64,000 nucleotides of DNA from Pseudomonadota bacterium (GTDB taxonomy: Bacteria; Pseudomonadota; Alphaproteobacteria; Rhodobacterales; Rhodobacteraceae), in contig JAYZYX010000038.1 of assembly GCA_036139795.1 (NCBI GenBank), positions 23,316 to 87,315 on the forward strand. Reading direction: 5' to 3'. Positions 55,727-64,000 of this stretch are shown here, in pieces. A program made the translations under genes and the position numbers. The notes beneath the pieces are model-generated. The model saw nothing but the letters and a program-made list of their open reading frames with translations. It was not told the origin of the DNA and ran no database searches. The first letter of the stretch is position 1. Each line of letters begins with the position of its first letter.

Positions 55727-56338
55727 ATGACCAAAAGCGCGGACGAGGCCACCTTGGCCTTTTATGCCAGCGAAGCGCCCGATTACGTCGCCACAGGACG
55801 CGGCGGGATCAACCGGCATTTGGATCACTTTCTGACCAAGCTGGCGCCATCGTCCCGCGTGTTGGAGCTGGGATGTGGCAGCGGGCGGGATGCGCAAGCG
55901 TTTCTGGACGCGGGCCATATGGTCGATGCCACGGATGGCTCGGCCGCGATGGCCGCACAGGCCGAGGCGCGGCTGGGGCAACCGGTGCAGGTGATGCGCT
56001 TTGACCAGCTTGAGGCCGTGGGGTCTTATGATGCGGTCTGGGCCAGTGCCTCGTTGCTTCATGTGCCGCGTGCGGGGCTTCGGGATGTGCTGTGGCGTAT
56101 CCATCGCGCCTTGCGGCCCGGCGGGTTGCACTATGCCAGCTATAAAGCCGGTGGCACCGAGGGGCGCGACACCTTGGGGCGTTACTATAACTATCTGACC
56201 GCCGCCGAGGCCGTGACGCTGTATCAATCCGTCGGCGATTGGAACGTGCTTGAGATCTTCGAGTATGTGGGCGGCGGCTATGACGGCGGTCAAGGCAAGT
56301 GGATCGCGCTGATCCTGCAAAAGCCCGCAATGCGCTGA
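55727..56338 (+). CDS. Class I SAM-dependent methyltransferase
   Basis: Motif I VLELGCGSGRD. An AGGAG SD lies 6 nt upstream of the ATG at 55727. Confidence 0.75.
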   Translation: MTKSADEATLAFYASEAPDYVATGRGGINRHLDHFLTKLAPSSRVLELGCGSGRDAQAFLDAGHMVDATDGSAAMAAQAEARLGQPVQVMRFDQLEAVGSYDAVWASASLLHVPRAGLRDVLWRIHRALRPGGLHYASYKAGGTEGRDTLGRYYNYLTAAEAVTLYQSVGDWNVLEIFEYVGGGYDGGQGKWIALILQKPAMR

Positions 56339-56515
56339 GTCCGCACCAACTTACCTAGCGTAAATCACAGTTAACTATTGCTGATTTGCAATAGCACCCC
56401 ACTCCAATGGATTCAGGGGTCGATTTCCTTTGCCTTTTGGTACGTTCGTAAGAATAGTTAACGATACAAAATAATAAGAATCATATCCGAGCGAGCAGTA
56501 CAGAGGCACAGCAAG

Positions 56516-57442
56516 ATGCCCACGCAATATTCGGATCAGTTTTACTACATGGACCCCGCGAATCCACCAGCGCGGGGAACGAGACTGATCGCGCAAGACC
56601 GCAGTTTTACTGACGGTAACGATAACTATGAGGTTGATGCCAGTGGGGCGGATACCTTTAACGGAGACCGCATTTATGCGGTCTACAAGGGCGACGTAAT
56701 TACGGTGCGCTATGATGACGGTTCGATCCACCGCATCACTGGCGTGACCTTTTACGTCATTACATCATCTAATCAGCGCTATCAGGTCTTTACACCGACC
56801 GATGATACGGTGCTGGAAGATGCAACATTAATCCGTGCTGACAGTTGGGTGCCGGATTCGACTCAGGTTGATCTGCCCGAACTGGGGCCGCCGTGCTTTA
56901 CGCCCGGTGTGATGATTGACACCGAAAGCGGGCCGCGTCCTGTTGAGGATATTCGCATCGGTGATCTGGTCTGGACCCTGGATCACGGTTTGCAGTCGGT
57001 TCGCTGGATCGGGAACACCACGGTGCGGGGCCATGGCGCCTTTGCGCCGGTTCTGGTGCGGGCGGGGGCCTTGGGCAACAGTGCCGATATGCTGGTCAGC
57101 CAGCAGCACCGCTTTATGCTGTCCGACTGGCGGGCCGAGTTGCTGATTGGCGAGCCCGAGGTTCTGGTGGCCGCCAAACATCTGGTGAACGGGCGCGATG
57201 TGACGCTGGCTCCGCAGCCGCATGTGACCTACATCCACCTGATGTTCGACCGTCATGAGATTGTTTTTGCCGAGGATGCGCCGACCGAAAGCTTTTTCGC
57301 CGGTGGCGTGATGGCTGATGGCATGGAAGAGGTTCAACGCGAGTTGTCAGCCCTGTTTCCCGAGGTCGAGCAGATGGCCAGCGCCTGTGTTCTGGCCCGT
57401 CCCAATGTGAAACGGTATGAGGCAACCGCGCTGATGGCTTGA
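56516..57442 (+). CDS. Hint (Hedgehog/intein)-domain protein with an uncharacterised N-terminal domain
   Basis: CFTPGVMIDTESGPRPVEDIRIGDLVWTLDHG...HEIVFAEDAPTESF matches the bacterial Hint_2-type domain. There is no signal peptide. Confidence 0.8.
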   Translation: MPTQYSDQFYYMDPANPPARGTRLIAQDRSFTDGNDNYEVDASGADTFNGDRIYAVYKGDVITVRYDDGSIHRITGVTFYVITSSNQRYQVFTPTDDTVLEDATLIRADSWVPDSTQVDLPELGPPCFTPGVMIDTESGPRPVEDIRIGDLVWTLDHGLQSVRWIGNTTVRGHGAFAPVLVRAGALGNSADMLVSQQHRFMLSDWRAELLIGEPEVLVAAKHLVNGRDVTLAPQPHVTYIHLMFDRHEIVFAEDAPTESFFAGGVMADGMEEVQRELSALFPEVEQMASACVLARPNVKRYEATALMA

Positions 57443-57473
57443 CCCCTGCGTATGGGCGGGCTTACTGGCAGGT

Positions 57474-58208
57474 ATGGCAAAGAGCACAAAGAAAAAGACC
57501 ACAGGGCGTAAGTCTAAGGGCAAGGTTGCACCGCGCAGTTTCCGGCAGCGTTTGCGCGGCTGGCTGCGGTATGGCCTGTTCGGTGTGATCGGGCTGTTGG
57601 CGCTGGCGGTGATCCTGCCTGCCTATATCAACCCGCCCCGTGGCCCCTATATCATCGCGGAATCCGTTCGTCTGGGCAGCGTTGACCGCGCCTGGACCCC
57701 GATGGAACAGATCGCCCCTGTGATGGCACGCTCGGTCGTGGCGGCCGAGGATGCCAATTTCTGCAAGCACTGGGGCTTTGACATGGGCGCGATCCGCAGC
57801 GCCATCGAGGACGGCGGGAACCGCGGCGCCTCGACCCTGACGCAGCAGGTGGTGAAGAATGTCTACCTTTGGCAAGGGCGTAGCTGGCCCCGCAAGGCGC
57901 TGGAGGCGCTGTTGACCCCGCTGGTCGAGGCTGCGTGGAGCAAACGGCGCATTCTGGAAGTCTATTTGAATGTGGCCGAGTTCGATGAAGGCGTCTTTGG
58001 CGTTGATGCGGCGGCGCGGAACTACTTTGGAACCTCGCCCGAGGCGCTGACCGCGCGGGAGGCGGCGCTGCTGGCGGCGTTGTTGCCTGACCCGAAGGAT
58101 CGGGATGCGGCCAACCCGTCGAAATTCGTCTCTCGCCGTGCGACACAGATCGCCGATGGGGCCGCGACCATTGCCCGTGACGGGCGTGCGGCCTGTTTCG
58201 AGGATTGA
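57474..58208 (+). CDS. mtgA: Monofunctional peptidoglycan glycosyltransferase
   Basis: N-terminal TM anchor followed by GT51 motifs (AEDANFCKHWGFD, GASTLTQQ, RILEVYLN). Confidence 0.9.
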   Translation: MAKSTKKKTTGRKSKGKVAPRSFRQRLRGWLRYGLFGVIGLLALAVILPAYINPPRGPYIIAESVRLGSVDRAWTPMEQIAPVMARSVVAAEDANFCKHWGFDMGAIRSAIEDGGNRGASTLTQQVVKNVYLWQGRSWPRKALEALLTPLVEAAWSKRRILEVYLNVAEFDEGVFGVDAAARNYFGTSPEALTAREAALLAALLPDPKDRDAANPSKFVSRRATQIADGAATIARDGRAACFED

Positions 58209-58265
58209 AAACCCCTTGCGGGACAGGCATTGATGGTCTGGCCCCCTTAGTCATCTGATCGAGAT

Positions 58266-58934
58266 ATGATGAACCGTCTGTATCACGTCCCCCTGTCGCC
58301 CTTTTGCCGGAAAGTCCGTTTGGTGCTGGCCGAAAAGCGTATCGAAGTGGAGTTGGTGGAAGAGCGGTATTGGGAAATGCAGCCCGATTTCATGCGCCGC
58401 AACCCTGCGGGCAAAGTGCCGGTGCTGAAGCTGGACGGGCGCACCCTGACCGAGAGCATGGCGATCTGCGAGTATGTGGATGAGCTGTACCCCGAGCCGT
58501 CGCTGATGCCCCAGTCCGCCGAGGGCCGCTATGAGGTGCGCCGCTTGGTCAGTTGGTTCGATGACAAATTCCACCATGATGTGACCGCGAACCTTCTGTA
58601 TGAGCGGGTGAACCGCAAGCTGATGAAGACCGGCTATCCCGACAGTCGCGCGGTGAAGCTGGGTGCGCAGCGGATCAAGTACCATCTGGATTACATGGCG
58701 TGGCTACTGGATCACCGCCGCTGGCTGGCCGGTGACCGCATGACGCTGGCAGATTTCGCGGCGGCGGCGCATCTGAGTTCTCTGGATTATATCAGCGACG
58801 TGGACTGGAACCGCAGTGATGTGGTTAAGGACTGGTACGCCAAGATCAAATCGCGCCCTGCCTTCCGCAGCATTCTGGCCGATCAGGTTCCGGGCTTTCC
58901 GCCCCCTGCCCATTATGCCGATCTGGATTTCTAA
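58266..58934 (+). CDS. Glutathione S-transferase family protein
   Basis: Thioredoxin-like N-terminal domain (SPFCRKVRL, KVPVL) and an alpha-helical GST C-terminal domain. Confidence 0.85.
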   Translation: MMNRLYHVPLSPFCRKVRLVLAEKRIEVELVEERYWEMQPDFMRRNPAGKVPVLKLDGRTLTESMAICEYVDELYPEPSLMPQSAEGRYEVRRLVSWFDDKFHHDVTANLLYERVNRKLMKTGYPDSRAVKLGAQRIKYHLDYMAWLLDHRRWLAGDRMTLADFAAAAHLSSLDYISDVDWNRSDVVKDWYAKIKSRPAFRSILADQVPGFPPPAHYADLDF

Positions 58935-58955
58935 TCTTAGGTCTTTGGGGCAAGG

Positions 58956-59004
58956 CTGGGGGCGCTGCCCCCAGACCCCCGAGGTATTTGTGCCAAGATG
59001 AATG
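58956..59004. repeat. Intergenic repeat copy R2: hairpin plus GAGGTATTTGTGCCAAGATGAATG
   Basis: CTGGGGGC-gct-GCCCCCAG is followed 6 nt later by a 24-mer that matches R1 at 22 of 24 positions. The ATG inside the repeat is the predicted queG start. Confidence 0.6.
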
Positions 59005-60032
59005 GGGCGGCGCTGAAAGAGGCTTTGGTAGCGGCGGCCTTGGCGGAGGGGTTCTCCTTGGTAAGGGTGTGCCGTCCTTGGGATGTGCCGGAGGTTCCGG
59101 CCCGTTTGGAGGCCTTTGTGGCGGCGGGCTATCACGGGCAGATGGGCTGGATGGAAGAGCGCATGTCGTGGCGCGGTGATCCGTCGGCTTTGTGGCCCGA
59201 GGCGCGGTCGGTGATTGTGCTGGGCGAGAGCTATACCCCCGAAGAAGATCCGATGGATGTGGTGGGTTTGCCGGATCGTGCTGCGATTTCCGTTTATGCC
59301 CGCGGTAAGGATTATCATGATCTGGTGAAGAAACGCCTAAAGCGTCTGGCCCGTTGGCTGATTGCCGAGGCGGGCGGCGAGGTGAAGGTGTTTGTGGATA
59401 CCGCGCCGGTGCCGGAGAAGGCTTTGGGGCAGGCGGCGGGTCTTGGCTGGCAGGGCAAGCACACCAATCTGGTCAGTCGCGAGATGGGGAACTGGTTCTT
59501 TATCGGCTCGGTCTTTACGACGATTGATCTGCCGGTGGATGGGCCTGAGGTGGATCACTGCGGATCGTGCAGCCGCTGTTTGCAGGCCTGCCCGACCGAG
59601 GCATTTGTGGCACCTTATCAGATGGATGCGCGGCGCTGCATTTCCTATCTGACGATCGAGCAGAAGGGGCCGGTGCCGTTGGAGTTGCGCGAGCGGCTTG
59701 GGAACCGGATTTATGGCTGTGACGATTGCCTGGCGGCTTGCCCGTGGAACAAGTTTGCCGTTGAGGCCCGCGAGATGCGATATGCGGCCCGTGAGGGGAC
59801 TGTTGCACCGCCTTTGGCGGAACTGGCGGCACTGGATGATGCGGCGTTCCGCGAGAGATTCTCGGGCAGTCCGATCAAGCGGATCGGGCGCGGGCGGTTC
59901 GTGCGCAACGTGCTGTATGCAATCGGAAATTCGGGAGATCCGTCGCTGGGAAAGGTGGCCACCGCGCTGGTGGAAGACCCCGATGAGGACGTGGCCGATG
60001 CAGCGCGGTGGGCTTCCTTACGACTGGTGTAA
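58998..60032 (+). CDS. queG: Epoxyqueuosine reductase
   Basis: Two 4Fe-4S ferredoxin motifs ([21 protein letters not shown]) and a C-terminal HEAT-like region. Confidence 0.9.
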   Translation: MNGAALKEALVAAALAEGFSLVRVCRPWDVPEVPARLEAFVAAGYHGQMGWMEERMSWRGDPSALWPEARSVIVLGESYTPEEDPMDVVGLPDRAAISVYARGKDYHDLVKKRLKRLARWLIAEAGGEVKVFVDTAPVPEKALGQAAGLGWQGKHTNLVSREMGNWFFIGSVFTTIDLPVDGPEVDHCGSCSRCLQACPTEAFVAPYQMDARRCISYLTIEQKGPVPLELRERLGNRIYGCDDCLAACPWNKFAVEAREMRYAAREGTVAPPLAELAALDDAAFRERFSGSPIKRIGRGRFVRNVLYAIGNSGDPSLGKVATALVEDPDEDVADAARWASLRLV

Positions 60033-60156
60033 ACATACGCTGCAACTGCGCGGCTGACCAGAGGCTATCACCGAAGTGTCAGGTAGGTTTCAAGGGCTTT
60101 GCCTTTGGCGGTTTTGGCCCCACATTATGGCGCAGCCCAGATAGGAGAATTGCCCC

Positions 60157-60606
60157 GTGAGCCGATATACCCGTGACCCCGATGTCGTGCAGGCGCTGGA
60201 GCCTGAAAGCTATTACGTGACGCAGGAAAGCGGCACCGAGCGGCCCGGCACTGGCAAGTATCTGAACAACAAGGCGCCGGGGCTTTATGTGGATATCGTC
60301 TCGGGCGAGCCGCTGTTTGTGTCATCCTCTAAGTATGAATCCGGCTGTGGTTGGCCCAGTTTTACCCGCCCTGTGAGCGAGGACTTCATTCAGGAGCTGG
60401 TGGACACCAGTCACGGGATGCGGCGGACCGAGGTGCGTTCGACCCACGGGGACAGCCACTTGGGTCATGTGTTTGATGATGGCCCGCAGGATCGGGGTGG
60501 TTTGCGGTACTGCATCAACTCGGCCGCGCTGCGGTTTGTGCATCGCGATGATATGGTGGATGAGGGGTATGGGGATTACCTTTCCCTATTGGATGAGGAG
60601 CAATAA
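60157..60606 (+). CDS. msrB: Peptide-methionine (R)-S-oxide reductase
   Basis: SelR motifs CGWPSF, HLGHVF and RYCINS. The start codon is GTG. Confidence 0.92.
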   Translation: MSRYTRDPDVVQALEPESYYVTQESGTERPGTGKYLNNKAPGLYVDIVSGEPLFVSSSKYESGCGWPSFTRPVSEDFIQELVDTSHGMRRTEVRSTHGDSHLGHVFDDGPQDRGGLRYCINSAALRFVHRDDMVDEGYGDYLSLLDEEQ

Positions 60607-61118
60607 TGATGGCTGAAGAACGCGCTGTTCTGGCGGGCGGCTGTTTCTGGGGGATGCAGGATCTGATCCGCAAGCTGCCCGGGGTGCTGCGCACGCGGGT
60701 GGGGTACACGGGGGGCGATGTGGCCAATGCGACCTATCGCAACCATGGCACCCACGCGGAAGGGATCGAGATTTTCTTTGATCCGGCGAAGGTTGGATAT
60801 CGCCAGTTGCTGGAGTTCTTTTTCCAGATCCATGATCCGACCACGTTGAACCGTCAGGGCAATGATCTGGGTCTAAGCTATCGCAGCGCGATCTACTATG
60901 TGGATGAGGCGCAGCGGCAGGTGGCGCTGGACACGATTGCGGATGTGGATGCCAGTGGCATCTGGCCGGGCAAGGTTGTGACCGAGGTCGAGCCTGTGAG
61001 TGATTTCTGGGAGGCCGAGCCAGAGCATCAGGATTATCTGGAGCGGCTGCCGAACGGCTACACCTGCCACTTCCCGCGCCCTGACTGGGTTTTACCAAAG
61101 CGGGATGCGGCGGAATAA
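60606..61118 (+). CDS. msrA: Peptide-methionine (S)-S-oxide reductase
   Basis: GGCFWG active-site motif. It overlaps the msrB stop by 1 nt. Confidence 0.92.
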   Translation: MMAEERAVLAGGCFWGMQDLIRKLPGVLRTRVGYTGGDVANATYRNHGTHAEGIEIFFDPAKVGYRQLLEFFFQIHDPTTLNRQGNDLGLSYRSAIYYVDEAQRQVALDTIADVDASGIWPGKVVTEVEPVSDFWEAEPEHQDYLERLPNGYTCHFPRPDWVLPKRDAAE

Positions 61119-61167
61119 GCAGTGCAAAGAACATTATGTCGGGGCCCTTTGTGGCCCTGTCTTTGTT

Positions 61168-61755
61168 TCAGAAGCGAAAGCCTGCGCTAAGCTGGGTGGT
61201 GGTGCTGTTCATCTTCCAGTCGGACGTGGTGGTGCTGTTGAAGTCCTGATGCCGGTGGCGCTTCATCTCTAGCCCGATCGAGAAATTGGGGGTCACCAGA
61301 AACTCTGCCCCGCCGCCGATGAAGGTGCCGCCGCCGGTGCGGATGTCCTCGATCTCGACGCGGCTGATGCCGGTGGTGACGTAGGGCAGCGTGCGCCCCA
61401 GATCGAGGCCGCCGCGCAGTTTCAGCAGGCTGAACGAGGCGACGTTCACGCTTGGAAAGGGCGCGACGTAAAGTTCTACATCTGTAGAGAGATGTTCGAC
61501 CGCGGCGCCAAGGACGAAGGAGCCGAAATCCTGATCGACGCCGATTTGAAGGCCGTTGATCTGCCCGTCCCCTTCCAGATCGACAAAGCCGCCTGTGGTC
61601 TTTGACATTGCGCTGCCGCTGCTGATGCCGATGTAAACTCCGGTCCAGTCCTGGTCTTGCAAGGTTGTTGTGGAACCGGTGGTTTGGGATGTTTCAGCGC
61701 CTGCGTTGGCCGCACTTACCAATAGGATGGCCGCAGCCATCGCTTTGTAAAGCAT
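61168..61755 (-). CDS. Small outer-membrane beta-barrel protein (Omp25/OmpA-beta-barrel-like), paralogue 1
   Basis: Signal peptide MLYKAMAAAILLVSAANA, alternating beta-strand pattern and C-terminal SAGFRF. The start was set at the internal ATG with an AGGAAGGGG SD. Confidence 0.8.
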   Translation of the reverse strand: MLYKAMAAAILLVSAANAGAETSQTTGSTTTLQDQDWTGVYIGISSGSAMSKTTGGFVDLEGDGQINGLQIGVDQDFGSFVLGAAVEHLSTDVELYVAPFPSVNVASFSLLKLRGGLDLGRTLPYVTTGISRVEIEDIRTGGGTFIGGGAEFLVTPNFSIGLEMKRHRHQDFNSTTTSDWKMNSTTTQLSAGFRF

Positions 61756-61807
61756 CTCTGCCCCTTCCTGAAATGATGAGGATCGTGTCTCTTTGTAATA
61801 CACGTTT

Positions 61808-61836
61808 TAATTGCAAAGTGTTGCGCATAAATGCAA
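61808..61836 (-). promoter_or_regulatory. Promoter candidate of OMP paralogue 1 (TTGCAT-N17-CAATTA)
   Basis: The same -35 hexamer, spacer length and distance to the ATG occur upstream of the other two paralogues. Confidence 0.5.
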
Positions 61837-62010
61837 TCAAAAAGAGAGTTTGTCGGCGATCCTGTGCTGATGAGTTCAAGGTTTTGTGGGGTGTGCGCGT
61901 TGATTTGCGCAAAGTGGCTGTACAATAGCCTGCACAAATGCGGGTTTGTCTTTGCGGTGCCATGCATCGGAAAGATACCAATGGCGGCAGGCGTGCTGGT
62001 TCCCCTCCAG

Positions 62011-62042
62011 CAAAAGTTTGAGGGCAGCACTGGGCTGCCCTC
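62011..62042 (-). terminator. Intrinsic terminator of OMP paralogue 2
   Basis: On the minus strand, GAGGGCAGC-ccagt-GCTGCCCTC is followed by AAACTTTTG. Confidence 0.6.
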
Positions 62043-62051
62043 AGAAACCGG

Positions 62052-62654
62052 TCAGAACCGGAAGGATGCTCTCAGTTGGGTCGAGGTCGCCCCTAGCTTG
62101 ATGGGGTTTTCGTCGCCAAAGGCACGATAGTCGTGGCGGCTGACCTCAAGGCCGATGGTCAGACCTTCGGTGACAAAGGCCTCGACCCCGCCACCGTAAA
62201 AGCCGCCGCCGCTGGTGTTGCCGTTGTCCAGTGCGGCGCGGCCGATGCCAGTGGTGACATAGGTCATCGCGCCACCCAGATCCAAGCCGCCGCGCACCTT
62301 CAGCATGCTGATGGAACTAAGCTTGGCCACATCATCCAGATTGACGTCTGTGGGGGTATGCTCGACCGAGGCACCCAGCACGTAGTCCCCGAAATCCCGA
62401 TCCACGCCGACGTGAAAGCCCATTGCGGGGCCTTCGCCCGACAGTTGGGGATCATCGCTGGTCTCGCCGACAACGCCGCCAGCGCTGTAGCCTAGATAGA
62501 CGCCGGTCCAATCAGGCGACTGGGGTTCGGGCAGCGGTGCGGGGGCGGGAGGGGCCACGTAAACGGGCGCTTCTACGGTACGTTGCAGTCCACCTGCAGA
62601 GGCCGCACTGGCCAGCAGGATGGCTGCAAGAGCAGTCATCGCTTGATAATACAT
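62052..62654 (-). CDS. Small outer-membrane beta-barrel protein, paralogue 2
   Basis: Signal peptide MYYQAMTALAAILLASAASA and C-terminal LRASFRF. Confidence 0.8.
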   Translation of the reverse strand: MYYQAMTALAAILLASAASAGGLQRTVEAPVYVAPPAPAPLPEPQSPDWTGVYLGYSAGGVVGETSDDPQLSGEGPAMGFHVGVDRDFGDYVLGASVEHTPTDVNLDDVAKLSSISMLKVRGGLDLGGAMTYVTTGIGRAALDNGNTSGGGFYGGGVEAFVTEGLTIGLEVSRHDYRAFGDENPIKLGATSTQLRASFRF

Positions 62655-62706
62655 TTCTTACCTTTCCTACCTACAATCTGTTCGCCTCTGCGTGCGATAC
62701 CCGTTT

Positions 62707-62735
62707 AGGTTGCAAGTAATGGTCCGGTAATGCAA
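62707..62735 (-). promoter_or_regulatory. Promoter candidate of OMP paralogue 2 (TTGCAT-N17-CAACCT)
   Basis: Same geometry as the other two copies. Confidence 0.5.
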
Positions 62736-62944
62736 TCTGTCGCTGATTCACGGAGTGGTAGTGCGTGGCGGAATCGTCACGCTTGTCTTCAGTCGGCTTG
62801 GTTTGGAAGATCGTGAATCTCTTTGTATAGTATTGTTTTCGTTAGTAATTTTTGGGCCGCGGACGCTTGGGAGAGCAATTCGAATTATCCGAGCTTTTCC
62901 GTTCTGACGAGTGCTGCCGGTACGGTGGCGTCCGCGCGTCCGCC

Positions 62945-62975
62945 CAAAAAAGAAGAGAGCCCGCTTGGGACGGGC
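62945..62975 (-). terminator. Intrinsic terminator of OMP paralogue 3
   Basis: On the minus strand, GCCCG-tcccaag-CGGGC is followed by TCTCTTCTTTTTT. Confidence 0.65.
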
Positions 62976-63030
62976 CCCCTTCCACCGAGGAACAGAGGAT
63001 ACTGGTAACGACTCGGTAAACGCGGACTTG

Positions 63031-63627
63031 TTAGAAGCGGTAAGATGCGCGCAGCTGGGCGGTGGTCGCATCAAGGTCGGTGTTGGTGTCGTTAAAGTCG
63101 GTGAACGTATGCTCAAGGACTTCGGCACCCACGGTTACGTTGTCGGTGACCTTGTGTTCATAGCCCAGACCGTAAAAGCCGCCGTCGCTGGTCCCTAGGT
63201 TTTCCGCCGTGGCGCGAGCGGCACCGCCGGTCACGTAGGCCAGACCGTTGCCCAGATCCAGACCAGCGCGGGCCTTGAGGCGGGTGATGCTTTCTAGGGT
63301 GTCGGCGCTGTCCAGCTTGATCTCGCCCGCGTCATATTCCACGGCGCCACCAAGGACGAACTGGCCAAAGTCATAGTCGTAACCAAGGTGCGCACCGCCG
63401 AGGCCGCCCTGACCGTCCAGATCATTGGTGCCATCGGTAACGACATCACCGCCGCCATATTGCAGACCGCCGTATACGCCGGTCCAGTTGCCGTCCAGAC
63501 GCGCGGGCGCGGGGGCGGGTGCTGCGACGGGCTGCTCGATCACCGGAGCGGACAGGTTGCCCGCGAAGGCAGGTACAGCCAGCGCCATAAGGGTTGCCGA
63601 GGTAAGGGCTACAGTCTTGATCGCCAT
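63031..63627 (-). CDS. Small outer-membrane beta-barrel protein, paralogue 3
   Basis: Signal peptide MAIKTVALTSATLMALAVPAFA and C-terminal LRASYRF. The ORF-track start at 63681 would fall inside the predicted -10 element. Confidence 0.8.
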   Translation of the reverse strand: MAIKTVALTSATLMALAVPAFAGNLSAPVIEQPVAAPAPAPARLDGNWTGVYGGLQYGGGDVVTDGTNDLDGQGGLGGAHLGYDYDFGQFVLGGAVEYDAGEIKLDSADTLESITRLKARAGLDLGNGLAYVTGGAARATAENLGTSDGGFYGLGYEHKVTDNVTVGAEVLEHTFTDFNDTNTDLDATTAQLRASYRF

Positions 63628-63680
63628 GATACGAACCTTTCTGCTATTCGTAAAAATGCACTCGTGTGTGCTGCGGGACA

Positions 63681-63709
63681 TAGCTGGGGTCGGCTAAGCG
63701 CTTATGCAA
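63681..63709 (-). promoter_or_regulatory. Promoter candidate of OMP paralogue 3 (TTGCAT-N17-CAGCTA)
   Basis: Same geometry as the other two copies. Confidence 0.5.
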
Positions 63710-64000
63710 TCACGGGAAATTCACATCTTAGGCCCGAGGATGTGAACGATCCGGCCCCCTTTGCAGGGACCTGTGGTGCAAGGGCAACGCTTTCGGATTA
63801 GTCCCTTGGTGTCAGGGGGTTAGGCTGCGCGGGAACCTGCTGGAACGGGGCGGGAATGCCGCCGATGACGCCAGAGGGCCGAAATCCGGTGCAAAGAAAA
63901 ACCGTCGCTCTGCCCAGATACACAGGCTGCACCCATCATCGGCAATTGCGTAGTTGTATGATGACTGTGCATAGTCTGCTTGACCCGCTTCCTAATTCCG

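Noticed and set aside
1-64000. Searched for CRISPR arrays, transposases or IS ends, integrases, phage or defence-system genes, and rRNA
   Set aside because: No direct-repeat/spacer arrays, DDE or tyrosine-recombinase motifs, or rRNA-like segments were seen. The single tRNA-Leu has no adjacent integrase or direct repeat of its 3' end.

Overview
High-GC alphaproteobacterial chromosome segment. Gene content and order (parB 3' end, rph-rdgB-hemW, hrcA-grpE, dnaK-dnaJ, lptCAB-hpf-ptsN, a Hint-domain protein) look Rhodobacterales/roseobacter-like, but the taxon is an inference. I call about 60 protein genes, one tRNA-Leu(CAG), one yybP-ykoY Mn2+ riboswitch, several intrinsic terminators and a few promoter candidates. 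I saw no rRNA, CRISPR array, transposase, integrase or phage genes. The many long ORFs antisense to real genes are GC-driven shadow ORFs. Most of the window is housekeeping: heat shock and proteostasis, mismatch repair, malic enzyme, argG, ilvA, gltDB, LPS transport, msrAB, queG. Items worth a second look: (1) a roughly 10 kb glycan locus (cysQ, GT2, galU, galE, GT4, GT2-like, GT14-like, NodH-like double sulfotransferase) that reads as a sulfated-polysaccharide pathway with built-in PAP recycling and AT-rich mosaic patches. (2) mntP sits behind an intact Mn riboswitch but is cut by an in-frame TAG in the loop between its two repeats, with GTG as the next codon. (3) A divergent Hpt plus REC-PP2C pair resembles HptB/HsbR but has no STAS or kinase partner nearby. 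(4) A Hint-domain protein with an uncharacterised N-terminal domain. (5) Three tandem outer-membrane beta-barrel paralogues with identical promoter geometry. (6) A 0.5 kb AT-rich non-coding island with an orphan terminator. (7) A hairpin plus TATTTTTGCCAAGATG repeat family. (8) A near-consensus parS site 4.6 kb from parB. I found no clear-cut defence or mobile system. The novelty claims are hypotheses that need database searches or experiments.
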